Assembly (NCBI GenBank): GCA_037144075.1
Contig: JBAWXM010000001.1
Span: 910-64,909, forward strand
DNA from: Lentisphaerota bacterium
GTDB taxonomy: Bacteria > Verrucomicrobiota > Lentisphaeria > Victivallales > Victivallaceae
Length of the DNA: 64,000 bases
Reading direction: 5' to 3'
Under the pieces are notes generated by a model. It was not told where the DNA came from and searched no databases. It was given only the letters and a program-made list of their open reading frames with translations. Below are positions 12,686-23,687 of this stretch, one piece after another. How positions within the stretch are numbered: position 1 is the stretch's first letter; each line of letters opens with the position of its first letter. Both the position numbers and the translations under genes were made by a program.

Positions 12686-15600
12686 TCAATTGAAAAACAG
12701 GTCCCGGAACAAGTACGGTTTTCTATGCGGTTCAGTCCCTTTCGGAGTCATCGTCAGGCCGGCCTTACGGCCTTTTCCGTCATTGTCGTTGACTCTGATG
12801 GCAAAGCCGACAGTTTCCCCTTCTGCGAATTTAACCATCGGCAAGCATTGGCGCGGGAATTTAATCTCATAGATGGTTTCGCCGTCTTTACGGGCGATTT
12901 GCACTTCCACTTCGCGATCAAGCCCGGTAGCCTGATTGGCTTCGCCGATATAACGGCCTTCACAACCTTTTTCAATCCAGGCCTGAGGTTTTCCTCCGGC
13001 CATGGAAATGGCGTAAACAATGTCGTCGCCATCAAATCCAGTATCGGACTCCGTCGCATTGTTAAGCTGATCGAAATATATCTGCAAAGAATCATAGTTC
13101 CATGCATTGGCCGGGGAGTCAGGATTGCAGGCGATATCATCTTTAACTTTGACCGCAACGGCAAAGTAATCTTTATTCCAGCCAATGGCGACCTGCGCAG
13201 AAAGATCTTTGATTCCATTATACGGATGCTGCGCATCCGGTTTGGCCGTCAAGTTTTCTTCGCCAAGCGCGATCCAGTGTGCATTCTGCCATTCATCCAG
13301 AAGACCGTCAACTTTAATCAGGTCAAGTCTGCCGACTAAAACCGGCGAGAGTTTAAATGTTTTCTTTACAAACACGTCGTTTGAACTTACGACAGCCGGA
13401 ACCATATAGCAGCTGTTATCATCCAGGATAAAGTTTCCCTGAAAGTCAATCTTAATGCTTTTTCCTGGATTTAAATCCGCGAATCCGGCCGTATTCCGGT
13501 CCAGTTGCCAGCCTGCCGGCAGTTCCGGAATGACCACCTTGCCGCTGACATTCTTGTTAAGCCGGTTGGTTACTGTAACAGACAATTTTTTACCTGTTGT
13601 CAGCGCCATATCTATCTTAAACGCCTCGCCCATCCCTAGAATATCGGCGGCCCTGATAGCATTAATAATTTCTTTTTCCCGGCATCCCGGTTTGAAACGA
13701 ATATAGACCGGCGCAGAAGAAACCGGCAATCCCTGCGCAAATTCTTCCTGAGTCAACTGGTTTCCCATCATATCATACGCCGCCAGATAACCATTCATTT
13801 TCATCCTGCCGCTGTGTTCCTGATTAATGGCGTTAACCGTCAGCAGCGGTCCGCCGGCGGCATCCGGGAAAAGGAATATTTTCAGTGCGCTGCCGGCTTC
13901 CAGCGGATACCCTTTGCCTGCGGTATTCAATAATCTGTTTGCTGCGCTGTACGCGGCAAAGGCATAATAAAGATAATACCGGTCATAACCGCCATAGCGG
14001 AAAAGAGTCAGCTGCGGACTGTATGCGCAATAAGGCACTCCGGCTGCGGCATGGTAAATATAGTTTCTGACGGTTCTTGCGCAGCTCTGGAGCTCTTCGC
14101 GATCTGGCAGATAGTAATCACGACTGCTTTCTTCGTCGGAGCCGTGCATGATGAATTTATTCGCCGCATAATATTGTTCTGTATTGATCATAGGGCCATG
14201 AAAATCATATCTGTCGAGTATTTTCCGGTATGCGCATAAATCATTATACACGTCAGGCAGATCCGGTGACGCGCGGTAGGAGTGGAAGGAAAAGATATCC
14301 ATATATTTGCCTGCTCCCAGCTTCATGGTTTCTTCCAGATATGCAAAATCATTCCCGTTCAGACAAACCCCGACCACCTGCAATTGCGGATTAACCTCCC
14401 TGATGGCCAGGTAAGCAGTTTGCAGCAATTGCACATATTTGGCCGGAGGCATCGTCTTCTCTCCTTTCCGCGGACCTTCGCGATGCCGCCAGAGATTAGG
14501 TTCGTTGGTAATCTCCCAGTATTTAATCTGATGCTGAAGCGGCACGACAACGGATTTCAAATATTCGCCATAGCGCTTAAGTGTCTGTCCGTCGATAACA
14601 TCATCATTAAGAACACGTTCAATGATATCCTTGGGAATATTATTAAAACAGGCCATCAAATCCTTCAATCCGCCTTGTATCTCGACTTCGCACCGCTGCC
14701 TGATTGAATCAATATAATTTTCCGGCGGAAGTGACTGCCATGCTTGATTCTTTAGAAAAAAACGGTTAATTCCTGTCCCCATCATTCTCATCAGCGGAGT
14801 TTCCTGCTTGATAATCCACTGCGGCAGATAACAGGTTTCATAACATACGCCGAACAGCGGCAGCCCGGGCGGTTCTGGAACTGGAGGCATGATCACGGCA
14901 TAACGTGATTGTCCGATGGAAATAAGCCTGCCCTGGTCATCGCCGGCTTTTGCTTCAAGTTCAAAAACGCCCAGCTTGCTATTCATCAATTTTACCGGTA
15001 GAACAGTGACCGGCGAAGAAGTATCGGCAGTCACGGTCTGTTCCCATACCTTTTTGCCACAGCTGTCTCTCGCGGATAAATCGATCCGCAATTTCTGCCG
15101 CATCTGGTTCTTCCGGACAATTTTCAACGTCATCTCAGCAGGTTCTTTATCTTGAATGAATATATTGCCGGAGACTGCAACAAAACCGATTTCAATTTCC
15201 GGCAACTGATAATCGGTTAAATCCCCCAGTTCCAATTGGATCTGATCGATAAGAACATTCCGTCCGTCAAAGCGGGCATATATCTTTTTCTGTTTCGAAT
15301 TATTCTTCCAGACACATGACAATGCTATCCGCGTCCAGTTTTCGGTTGATATTGATTTAATCTCTTTTACATATGACTTCCAGCCGGGGTCAAGCATGAA
15401 CATTTTCAAGCCGGCCTCTTTATCCGTTGCCTTGACATAAGCAGAGAGCGTATACTTGCTTCCCTCCTGCAAAGGGATACAGCCGCTGAACAAGGCGGTG
15501 TATTGATCTGCCAGAAAAAACGCGCAGGAGCCATCAACCCCAGCGCCGGGAATAATCCGGCATTCAGGAGCGTCGGCAACCGTTGCCGCCATCTGACAAC

Positions 15601-16639
15601 TGGCCGGAGCGAAAAAGTCGAGCATCCAGTTGTTCATTCCCAGTTCAAAACTAGAATTGCCCAGCAGATTGCGGCCGGAAGTTCCGGGTAACAGGGACGC
15701 CGTATCCCTGCCGGCCGCCGCCGGCGCCGGTTCTGCCGTCCAGTTCAGGCTTGCTCCGGAGAATTTTACATCGCCGTCGCCTTGCACATCAATTCTGCCC
15801 CAGCAGTACGGAACTTTAACTGGATTCCGGCATTTTAATGCGATTGAATATTTCTGCCATTCGCCGGATACAGGAAAAGTTTTTTTAGCCTGCCATTTAT
15901 AATCATTCCCCAGCAGAAACAGTTCAATCGTCATATTCGGAGACTCTGATCGAGCCCATAGTTCAAAGTTCATTTCCCCGCTGTCGGGCAGCGGAACCTT
16001 AAAAGCGCTTAAAGTGCGACATTTTTTGCCATCGCTTTTAATACATATTGTCCTGTCGCCGCTCTTGAACGTGCTGTCTTTAATTAATGTATAATCACCC
16101 TCGTTCCCATTATACTGCCAATGCCATCCCGGAGGTATTTCTCCAGGCGCCCCGCGGGCAAAATCCGCATTGGTCAGAAAGTTGCAATGCTCTTCGGGGC
16201 CGGTTTTCTCGACTTGGAGATTTTTGATTTTTATTTCTGTGCCGGCATTAACCGCTGCCGGAATATAGAAACGAATTCCGGCAGTGGAGTTTTCTTTGAC
16301 TTTGAAATAAATAGTCAAAGGAGACCAGTCTGAAAGAGGAGGAATTTGCTGAACAGGCTGACTTTCCAGTTTCCCGTCAATATCTGCCATTAAAATGTCC
16401 ATCGGCTTGATTCCGTCCGTCCGGTATTCCGCTGTAAGCTTATACCAGCCCGGGGAATATACTTCCGTAAATTTGCAGGAGGCCTCTAATTTATTTGCTG
16501 ATCCTTCGACTCTGGCGGTCAATTCGCCGCCCGCGCCGGTTTGAAAACCACGCAGCGTCTTTTCATTAATCACAGTTGCGCCTAGTCCCGCCATAATTCC
16601 GCTGGACAAGACCAGCAGCAGACATTTGGATAAAAACAT
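12686..16639 (-). CDS. Large secreted multidomain glycoside hydrolase (clan GH-A TIM barrel with CBM4_9-like and C-terminal CBM9-like modules)
   Basis: The signal-like start MFLSKCLLLVLSSGIMAG is the ATG at 16639; the track ORF extends to 16720. GNSSFELGMNNW and NADFARG resemble CBM4_9. YWEITNEPNLW is a typical GH-A acid/base block. The C-terminal DEWQNAHWIAL ... DSLQIYFD is CBM9-like. Confidence 0.6.
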   Translation of the reverse strand: MFLSKCLLLVLSSGIMAGLGATVINEKTLRGFQTGAGGELTARVEGSANKLEASCKFTEVYSPGWYKLTAEYRTDGIKPMDILMADIDGKLESQPVQQIPPLSDWSPLTIYFKVKENSTAGIRFYIPAAVNAGTEIKIKNLQVEKTGPEEHCNFLTNADFARGAPGEIPPGWHWQYNGNEGDYTLIKDSTFKSGDRTICIKSDGKKCRTLSAFKVPLPDSGEMNFELWARSESPNMTIELFLLGNDYKWQAKKTFPVSGEWQKYSIALKCRNPVKVPYCWGRIDVQGDGDVKFSGASLNWTAEPAPAAAGRDTASLLPGTSGRNLLGNSSFELGMNNWMLDFFAPASCQMAATVADAPECRIIPGAGVDGSCAFFLADQYTALFSGCIPLQEGSKYTLSAYVKATDKEAGLKMFMLDPGWKSYVKEIKSISTENWTRIALSCVWKNNSKQKKIYARFDGRNVLIDQIQLELGDLTDYQLPEIEIGFVAVSGNIFIQDKEPAEMTLKIVRKNQMRQKLRIDLSARDSCGKKVWEQTVTADTSSPVTVLPVKLMNSKLGVFELEAKAGDDQGRLISIGQSRYAVIMPPVPEPPGLPLFGVCYETCYLPQWIIKQETPLMRMMGTGINRFFLKNQAWQSLPPENYIDSIRQRCEVEIQGGLKDLMACFNNIPKDIIERVLNDDVIDGQTLKRYGEYLKSVVVPLQHQIKYWEITNEPNLWRHREGPRKGEKTMPPAKYVQLLQTAYLAIREVNPQLQVVGVCLNGNDFAYLEETMKLGAGKYMDIFSFHSYRASPDLPDVYNDLCAYRKILDRYDFHGPMINTEQYYAANKFIMHGSDEESSRDYYLPDREELQSCARTVRNYIYHAAAGVPYCAYSPQLTLFRYGGYDRYYLYYAFAAYSAANRLLNTAGKGYPLEAGSALKIFLFPDAAGGPLLTVNAINQEHSGRMKMNGYLAAYDMMGNQLTQEEFAQGLPVSSAPVYIRFKPGCREKEIINAIRAADILGMGEAFKIDMALTTGKKLSVTVTNRLNKNVSGKVVIPELPAGWQLDRNTAGFADLNPGKSIKIDFQGNFILDDNSCYMVPAVVSSNDVFVKKTFKLSPVLVGRLDLIKVDGLLDEWQNAHWIALGEENLTAKPDAQHPYNGIKDLSAQVAIGWNKDYFAVAVKVKDDIACNPDSPANAWNYDSLQIYFDQLNNATESDTGFDGDDIVYAISMAGGKPQAWIEKGCEGRYIGEANQATGLDREVEVQIARKDGETIYEIKFPRQCLPMVKFAEGETVGFAIRVNDNDGKGRKAGLTMTPKGTEPHRKPYLFRDLFFN

Positions 16640-16703
16640 TTTATAACCTTTATTTCTCATATGGTTCGCTATCTTTCTCAGTTCGTTCGCACAATGGAGA
16701 ATT

Positions 16704-18107
16704 TCAATGTTTGCCGGCATACGCCTTTACTTTCTGATGTACAGCCAGCGTCCGCTCAGCCAGTTCTTTCATCGTAATCTCCTGAAAACCGAACACCAGC
16801 GGTTTAACCGTATCGTTAAGCGGCGCTGCGAGTTTACCACCCATATTCCGGTATCCGGCAGCAGTTCCGGCTATGGATCCGGCGGTAGCTCCGTTGCAAT
16901 CGGTATCGAGTCCGCCCATCACGGCAATCCCGATAGTTCTGTCGCAATTCATCTGTCCGTAGAACAGACTCATCATCACAATCAGGGCGTTGTTGACAGT
17001 ATGACCGGCATGCATGCCGGCATAACGCTTTTCCAGTCTGGGCATAAAATCTTCAAATGTAGCGCATTCAGGAATCCAGTTCAGCGCTTCGCGAATAGCC
17101 GTGGACAGACGACAATGGCGGGGAATTTCCGAAAGTCCGATCTCCACCAGTTTGCCCGGAGAGTTTTCTACAAAAGCCGCCGCAATCACTGCCGCAACAA
17201 ACATCTCGCCGTAAATGCCGTTGGCTGTATGCGTCCAGCAAGCGTCGCGCCAGGCATATTCCGCCGCCAGTTCCGGGTTGCCTGCGCAGGCATATGCCCA
17301 GCCGTCAGCGCGAATCTGCGCTCCGATTCTTTCGCGGTAAGGATTGTTATGACGTCGCGTAAAGGCTGCTGTTACAGGAATAATATCCGCGGGAAGGTCC
17401 CGCAATCGCAATGGACGGACTAAATTATAATTCAAAATTGCCTGTGCTTCCGCTGTACAGACAGCCTTGTAAGGCAACGAACTGTTCCATGTGTCGGGAA
17501 TGTCATACCACTGGAAGTCCGGACCTTTCTCCTCCAGAACCTTCAAGCCGGTCAGCGAGTAATGAATATCGTCATCCGGCTCCATAAACTTGATATTTTC
17601 CCGCCATGAAAGCGGGCATCCCAGTTTAATGCCGTCTCCAGTGTCACTGCCGCTGAAGTAATAGTCCAGTTCCCAGTGTCCGCGGTTTTTCAGATAATAC
17701 CGGATGGCCTCGCGTCCATTCATGTCGCCATGCCCGCGCATGCCAAGTCCCTCAACCGGTTTGCCAAGTGCACAACCGGCGGCGCGACCGGTCCAGGCGC
17801 CGCGGAAACGGTCAAGCAAATCTTTATCATTTAGCGCCAGCGGTAATTGGCGGGGCCCGGAAGGACGTTCTTTTTTTATTTCTTCCAGTTCATTGGGTTG
17901 AATAAAATCAAACTCCGGATCACGGGGCAAGTTCTCAAGTTCCGCATATATTGCCCGTATCTTTTTTTCGTTGTATGCATCGTATACCGGATGCAGCATG
18001 GCTATTTGTTCCGTCACTTTCTCCGGAATGATATAGCCTTCATATTCGAGTTGTACCAGTTCATCGCGCAACAGCGATAATGGGTGAGTCCAGCCTGAGA
18101 TCAACAT
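16704..18107 (-). CDS. ADP-ribosylglycohydrolase-family protein (467 aa, N-terminal extension)
   Basis: The GLDTDCNGATAGSIAGTAAG motif plus a GAWTGRAAGCALG-type N-terminal block are characteristic of the ARH/DraG fold. Confidence 0.8.
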   Translation of the reverse strand: MLISGWTHPLSLLRDELVQLEYEGYIIPEKVTEQIAMLHPVYDAYNEKKIRAIYAELENLPRDPEFDFIQPNELEEIKKERPSGPRQLPLALNDKDLLDRFRGAWTGRAAGCALGKPVEGLGMRGHGDMNGREAIRYYLKNRGHWELDYYFSGSDTGDGIKLGCPLSWRENIKFMEPDDDIHYSLTGLKVLEEKGPDFQWYDIPDTWNSSLPYKAVCTAEAQAILNYNLVRPLRLRDLPADIIPVTAAFTRRHNNPYRERIGAQIRADGWAYACAGNPELAAEYAWRDACWTHTANGIYGEMFVAAVIAAAFVENSPGKLVEIGLSEIPRHCRLSTAIREALNWIPECATFEDFMPRLEKRYAGMHAGHTVNNALIVMMSLFYGQMNCDRTIGIAVMGGLDTDCNGATAGSIAGTAAGYRNMGGKLAAPLNDTVKPLVFGFQEITMKELAERTLAVHQKVKAYAGKH

Positions 18108-18173
18108 AATTACAATTCCTTAGTTTTTAGCATTAAAAACCTTAATATTCCTATTTTTGCAGGTTATTCATAT

Positions 18174-19358
18174 CTATATGAAAAACAGTGCGCCAGCCAT
18201 GTCATCGTAAGCCGGAAGTGCTTCCAGGATGCGCAAGTACTTGTCATCACAATAATTTAGCGCGGCGATATAAAGTACCGGATTGAGCTTTTCCGGAGCG
18301 AAAGCATAAATTTCCGGGAAAGTCCATGGTTTCACGCCGGATGCGAATCCGGCCAGAAAATCAACACTGCGCCGTATGCTGGTCCCGTTGCTGGTCTGGT
18401 AGTTGAACAGATCCGCTCCGTATTCCTGCGCAATCGTGGCGGCAGCCATAAAAGCGCTGATACAGAAAATGGAGTACCCCCATGACTGAGTGCGTTTTAA
18501 TTCCTCAGGGATGCTGCCGTCCGCGCATATCTGGACTGATATCCGTACTTTGGCCTGCGCTATATACTCTTCGACAATGGCATCCAGACGGCACCACGCC
18601 GCCAGCTTCATGGCCAGTGCGATATACCATATCCCGTGATTATTAGGGGCGTTCTTTTCGTCCTGCCCGATTTTGCTCTGCCGCAGCCAGTCGAGATACG
18701 ATGTCATCCAGCTTTTCATGCCATCCTTATCCGAAGCCGTCAAGGACCTTGAATCTTTCAGCATGGTCATCGCATCGATTACCTGAATAAAAATATGGGT
18801 TTCAATAATGCCGGCATCTCTGCCGGTGTTGATCCCGGGAATCGCCTGTCCGAAATTCAGGTGTGGATTCATGGCGGCGCCGGGATTGAGAAACCAGTGG
18901 CGCAGCAGCTCGACTGCTTTTGCCGCCGCAGCGTCGTCCCGCGTGAAAAAAAACAGCATGGAGAAGGCATAGATACTTGAAATCATCCGGTTCATTTTTT
19001 TATGGTCGGAGGATTCCGATACCGCCTCCGGATTAAACTCGCCGTCTTTCCGGATATAAGGCAGACCGCCGGGCAAAGCAGGATCGGGAAACCAGTATGG
19101 CGCCTGGCTGTAATAATCATGAATGCTGCCGCCCGGGGGTAATATCAATTTATCGATCGCAACGCTTTCAGGCTGATAATCGCGGAGTCGTTTGAATCCG
19201 GCCACGTCCTTCACAATGTCAATCCTGACCGGGTCGCCTTGCTGATATGCGGAATAAGCCCGTTCGAGAATTACGGGAGACAAGGAAAAGACCTGCCGTG
19301 CAAAAATCTCACTGGAATTTATTTTGGTTTGTTCTTTTTTTAGACGTGCTGTTTTCAT
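18174..19358 (-). CDS. Alginate-lyase-family (PL5-like / PF05426-like) polysaccharide lyase
   Basis: APNNHGIWY and [23 protein letters not shown] resemble the NNH...W and DG..P.E..R...Y blocks of the alginate lyase family. The 4-nt overlap (ATGA) with the upstream prepilin-like gene implies an operon. Confidence 0.55.
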   Translation of the reverse strand: MKTARLKKEQTKINSSEIFARQVFSLSPVILERAYSAYQQGDPVRIDIVKDVAGFKRLRDYQPESVAIDKLILPPGGSIHDYYSQAPYWFPDPALPGGLPYIRKDGEFNPEAVSESSDHKKMNRMISSIYAFSMLFFFTRDDAAAAKAVELLRHWFLNPGAAMNPHLNFGQAIPGINTGRDAGIIETHIFIQVIDAMTMLKDSRSLTASDKDGMKSWMTSYLDWLRQSKIGQDEKNAPNNHGIWYIALAMKLAAWCRLDAIVEEYIAQAKVRISVQICADGSIPEELKRTQSWGYSIFCISAFMAAATIAQEYGADLFNYQTSNGTSIRRSVDFLAGFASGVKPWTFPEIYAFAPEKLNPVLYIAALNYCDDKYLRILEALPAYDDMAGALFFI

Positions 19359-20056
19359 TTGTTGTAAGTAATGATTAACGGATCAGTCTGGTATGCGCCG
19401 AGAAAATTGGCTTGAGAATAATCCGGTTTGAAGGTATATGCTTGAACATGCCCGTCGCAATGAGCCATGTTCGTCTGTTTAGTCATGTGATTATTCCAGC
19501 CGGTATAACCGACCCGGAACGAATATTTATCATAAGTATCGGTATCGCCTCTGCCACAGGTAATCAGGCTCACTTTGCTGGGATTTTTCGTTTTGCTCAT
19601 GGTCAAATGCGGATAGGAATTCCCCGATTTCCCGAAGACATGGGAATTTGCCAGATAGCCAGGATAATTGATGGTCCTGACGACAATCTCCGTACAGAAC
19701 AGCACCGGATACTGGCTGGCTCTGACCGGATTGACTTTTATTCCCAGATATGTGCTGTATCTGTTTGCCTGCCACCATCCGGTCGCATACAATTCTGTTC
19801 CGGTGGAATTAGGCCATACTCCGTAAAAACCCCGGTTGTCGTCTGCATACTGTTGCGAAACCAACCCTATCTGTTTCAGATTGCTGGTGCAGGATATCTG
19901 GCGCGCCACCTGCCGGGCCCGGTTGAGCGCAGGCAGCAGCATGGCGGCTAAAATTGCTATGATCGCTATCACCACGAGGAGTTCAATGAGTGTAAAATTG
20001 AGTTGTTTCTGCACTGCTAGATTCTTTGCCAGTTGATTTTTTAAAACATTTTTCAT
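19355..20056 (-). CDS. Prepilin-type N-terminal domain protein (DUF1559 / H-X9-DG-like pseudopilin-like)
   Basis: ...[48 protein letters not shown] at the N-terminus. The C-terminal motif is [17 protein letters not shown]. Confidence 0.85.
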   Translation of the reverse strand: MKNVLKNQLAKNLAVQKQLNFTLIELLVVIAIIAILAAMLLPALNRARQVARQISCTSNLKQIGLVSQQYADDNRGFYGVWPNSTGTELYATGWWQANRYSTYLGIKVNPVRASQYPVLFCTEIVVRTINYPGYLANSHVFGKSGNSYPHLTMSKTKNPSKVSLITCGRGDTDTYDKYSFRVGYTGWNNHMTKQTNMAHCDGHVQAYTFKPDYSQANFLGAYQTDPLIITYNK

Positions 20057-20167
20057 TTCTCAATTCCCTTTCTTTTTAATTCAAAAATTCAATTGCCGCT
20101 TATTATCATTTAATACCCGTCTGCTCTCTTCTTTCAGGACTGTTGACTGAACTCCTGATTTGCGACC

Positions 20168-21220
20168 TTACCGGTCATGGTTGCATTTGGTACATGACTG
20201 ACGAACCTCTAGCGTCACCGGAAATTCCGGTTGAGAAATATTTTTTACCGTCTTCGAGTTAATTATCTCGATAAGTCTTTCCGCGGCATAGGCTCCGGTT
20301 GCGGCATTGTCATATTTCAGCGATGTGATGCCGGGAGAAAGAAAATCAAAAATTTCGTAATTATAATTACTGATCATGCTCAGGTCTTTCGGACAGCTCA
20401 TGCCGTACTTTGCCATTTCTTTTAAGATGCCCAGGCAGGTCTGCGGATTGGTAATTACCGCCGACGGGCGTTGTTTCTCGGAAAAATTAAAATAACTGGA
20501 GAAGAAAATTGAGGCAGCAGAGGCATCGCATTTGCAGTCCGGGGTAAAAACCGAATGGATTTTAATGCGGCCGGCCAGCGAACTTTGGCGGACATGATCT
20601 TCAAACTGTTCGGTAATATTCCGCGTATATTGACCGCCGCTATTGAGGAACATGACCTCGCGGTGTCCAAGCAGCGCCAGGTATTCCAGCGCCAGTATCC
20701 GGCCGCGGAGCATGTCGGGACCGAACACCGGAAGAGTACTGCCGTCGGCTTTGCCGGTGAATCCAACCCTGACGCATGGAACGTTCATTTGCTCAAACAG
20801 TTTCAGCATTCCGTCGGAGATCGCGTTGCTGATAATCAGACCGTCAATGCTCCGTTCGGTCACGCCGCGCGGAAAAACAAAATTAACGGTCTTTTCCGGG
20901 TTGCAGCAGTGAACCATTAAACTGTAATTATGTTTGCTGCAAGTGTCATCGATCCCGTTGAGTAATTCGGCGTAAAAAGGATTTGACCAGCGCTGCGCCG
21001 CATATTCCGGAACGATAAAACCGATATTGTAAGTCCTGCTGGTCACCAGCGCGCGGGCCGCTGCATTGGGGCGGTAGCCAAGTTTTTCCGCGGCGTCCCA
21101 GACCCGCTGCCTGGCTGCCGGTGTAAACGTTTCAGACTTGGGACGTTTGTTCAGAACCAGAGATACCGTGGACGGCTGCACTCCAGCCAGTTCCGCCACA
21201 TCTTTTAATTGTACTCTCAT
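20168..21220 (-). CDS. LacI-family transcriptional regulator
   Basis: The N-terminal HTH is MRVQLKDVAELAGVQPSTVSLVLNKRP, followed by a periplasmic-binding-protein-like sugar-binding fold. Confidence 0.88.
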   Translation of the reverse strand: MRVQLKDVAELAGVQPSTVSLVLNKRPKSETFTPAARQRVWDAAEKLGYRPNAAARALVTSRTYNIGFIVPEYAAQRWSNPFYAELLNGIDDTCSKHNYSLMVHCCNPEKTVNFVFPRGVTERSIDGLIISNAISDGMLKLFEQMNVPCVRVGFTGKADGSTLPVFGPDMLRGRILALEYLALLGHREVMFLNSGGQYTRNITEQFEDHVRQSSLAGRIKIHSVFTPDCKCDASAASIFFSSYFNFSEKQRPSAVITNPQTCLGILKEMAKYGMSCPKDLSMISNYNYEIFDFLSPGITSLKYDNAATGAYAAERLIEIINSKTVKNISQPEFPVTLEVRQSCTKCNHDR

Positions 21221-21416
21221 GACGCTTCACTCTGGTTAACAGTTAAGAAAAACGATTTACTTGATAAATAGATTATACATCAAAAACAAATTTTTGTCAA
21301 TACTCGATTATCATATTATTGAAATTTAATTTATCTATCAGGTTAATACAGCATGTTTACGCTCATTTCTGCAATAATATTCCGATAAATCCTTTAACCC
21401 TTGAGAAAATAGCATA

Positions 21417-21445
21417 TTGACAAAAATAAGAATGTAGAGTATTAT
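21417..21445 (+). promoter_or_regulatory. Sigma70-like promoter for the 21506 operon (TTGACA-17-TATTAT)
   Basis: TTGACA at 21417-21422, a 17-nt spacer and TATTAT at 21440-21445, about 60 nt upstream of the start codon. Confidence 0.55.
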
Positions 21446-21449
21446 ATTA

Positions 21450-21476
21450 GAAAAACGTTTTTCCTGCATGATGCAG
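21450..21476. promoter_or_regulatory. Two adjacent perfect palindromes (GAAAAACGTTTTTC and CTGCATGATGCAG): LacI-type operator candidates
   Basis: They lie directly downstream of the -10 element. The AACGTT core is typical of LacI/GalR-family operators, and a LacI gene is divergent at 20168-21220. Confidence 0.5.
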
Positions 21477-21505
21477 AAACAGTTGCAAAGGCATGATAAG
21501 GATTT

Positions 21506-22531
21506 GTGATGAAAGAAAAATATTCCAGAAAAGTTCTGCTGGCAGTACCCGTGGACTATGGACGTTTTAACGAATTGTGGACGCAAGAATCTGCGGCTTG
21601 TGCCGCTTCCCTGGATCTTCAAGTTCATTTTATGGACAGGACACCTTTAAGTTTGTCCGGCTGGAATCAGGCGTTGGCCGGTTATCCGGCCATAATTACT
21701 TCCTGGTGTACTCCGCCGCTGAACCGGGAGGTGCTGGACGGCAATAAGGACATAGCTCTGATTGCGCATGCAGCCGGTTCAGTCGCTGATCTGGCCGCGG
21801 AATTGCCGCGGCCTGATATTATGCTGACTACCGCCAATTCCATCATGGGCGCGTCTGTTGCCGAATGGTGTATGGCGATGACCTGGGCGGGGTTGGCCAG
21901 TCTGGTCAAATATGCTAACTTCGGCGGTTTGCGGCCGCTAAACTGGAATAAAGTTACCGCCGACTTCCGCAATATCCGCAACTCGGCAGTCGGGATCTGG
22001 GGTTATGGTAATATCAGCGCTGAATACATCCGCATTTTAGAGGCTTTTTTTCCTGCGAAAATTATGGTGCACAGCAGTCATTTCCGTCCAGGCGAAGAGG
22101 ACATTGAGTCTGCCGCGCTGGAAGATATTTTCTCTCAGGCGGATGTTGTTGTTCTGTTAGCCGCGCTTACCACGTTGAATGAGGGCCGGATTGACGCCAG
22201 ACTGCTGCGACTGCTCAAACCCGGCGCCGTGCTGCTCAATCCGGGCCGCGGCCGGCTCATTGATGAAAATGCGTTGATCGACGCACTTAATCAAAACCGC
22301 TTCACTTATATCTCGGATGTATTTCACCAGGAACCCCTGCCTGATAATAATCGCCTTCAGCAATTTTCCAATGTCATATTAACGCCTCATTGCGCGGGGC
22401 GGAATACTGGTCAGTTCGTTCCTGCGATGCTTCAGGAGGTGAGCAGGTTCTACAATGGCGAACTCCTGAAGTATGCGGTTTCAAGCGAGCGGCTGAAAAC
22501 AATGACCAGCAACAGGTTGAATTATGAATAA
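21506..22531 (+). CDS. D-isomer-specific 2-hydroxyacid dehydrogenase family protein
   Basis: The NAD-binding motif is GIWGYGNISAEY. Also present are LLNPGRGRLIDENALIDAL and TPHCAG near the C-terminus. Confidence 0.8.
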   Translation: MMKEKYSRKVLLAVPVDYGRFNELWTQESAACAASLDLQVHFMDRTPLSLSGWNQALAGYPAIITSWCTPPLNREVLDGNKDIALIAHAAGSVADLAAELPRPDIMLTTANSIMGASVAEWCMAMTWAGLASLVKYANFGGLRPLNWNKVTADFRNIRNSAVGIWGYGNISAEYIRILEAFFPAKIMVHSSHFRPGEEDIESAALEDIFSQADVVVLLAALTTLNEGRIDARLLRLLKPGAVLLNPGRGRLIDENALIDALNQNRFTYISDVFHQEPLPDNNRLQQFSNVILTPHCAGRNTGQFVPAMLQEVSRFYNGELLKYAVSSERLKTMTSNRLNYE

Positions 22532-23360
22532 CACGACTCCGCATCTCTCTTTTGCCGCTGACCGGCTTCGGTGGTGTTTCTCTTCGCTCGGCTGCGCAGA
22601 TTTCAGTCTGGATGAAATCATTGCCCTTGCACGAATCAATGGTATTAAGGCGATTGAACTGAGAGCGTTTTCCGGTTCTCTGGATCTACCCGGACTTTTT
22701 GATGAGTATAAAGCAGGCGCTCCGGATCAATATCGCGCCATCATTGAATCCGGAATCATCAAACTGATTGATACATCTTTCAACTTAGCCGGATCTGAAG
22801 AACCTGATTTTGATTATATTCTCAAACTGGCGCGACTGGCCGATGAATTGCACGTTCCTTACTGCCGCGTTTTCGGCGGGTTTGAATACAGCAGGAATCC
22901 GCAGCGGGAAACTCTGAACCAGGCTGCTCAAACTTTGCAGCAATGGAACAAAATCAGAAAGACTTATCAGCTTAACTGCCAGCTGGCGGTTGAAACCCAT
23001 GACGGCTTTTCATCCGCCGCCAACTGCATTCGCTTCTTCTATGCCGCCGGACAGACTATGCCCGTGGTCTGGGATACCCATCACACATGGCGCTGCGGCG
23101 GAGAATCTTTTACTGACAGTTTGACATTGCTGGGAGAAAGTATCGTCCATGTTCACGTTAAAGACAGTGTTAAAGCCGCTGATGGGAAAATCCGGAATGT
23201 TCTGCCGGGTCATGGAGATATTCCAATAAAATGTCTGCTTGCCTTGTTGCGCGAAATGAATTTTCAGTGTCCAGTGTCACTGGAGTGGGAACGATTATGG
23301 GAACCTGAACTCCCGCCATTGGCAGATGCGTTGAGTGCTGTTAGCAGCAACTGGCTTTAA
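22524..23360 (+). CDS. Sugar phosphate isomerase/epimerase (xylose-isomerase-like TIM barrel)
   Basis: GIKAIELR, LAVETHDG and VHVHVKD blocks are present. It overlaps the upstream gene by 8 nt. Confidence 0.75.
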   Translation: MNNTTPHLSFAADRLRWCFSSLGCADFSLDEIIALARINGIKAIELRAFSGSLDLPGLFDEYKAGAPDQYRAIIESGIIKLIDTSFNLAGSEEPDFDYILKLARLADELHVPYCRVFGGFEYSRNPQRETLNQAAQTLQQWNKIRKTYQLNCQLAVETHDGFSSAANCIRFFYAAGQTMPVVWDTHHTWRCGGESFTDSLTLLGESIVHVHVKDSVKAADGKIRNVLPGHGDIPIKCLLALLREMNFQCPVSLEWERLWEPELPPLADALSAVSSNWL

Positions 23361-23687
23361 CATTGTATATTTGATCGATGATACACGAAAAGTTATTTGA
23401 GATTAATGGTAATTATGTTCCTCTGATTAATGGCCAGTACAGGACTCAATTAAAAATGGAGTGAAATGGTATGCTCATCATTCTCCAGTCACGATAGAAC
23501 ATCGCAGTATATCAATTGAAAATTAAAGAATTGTGCGAACCTTTTATGCACCGGTGATTAATAATACAAACCGTTATCCCTTTTAAATAAGGATCAGTAA
23601 AACAAAATAGCTGTCGTTGCAAAGTTCATCTGAAAATATCGAGACTAATCTCTTTAAGGCGGGCTTTGCCCGCAATCCAAAAGACAT

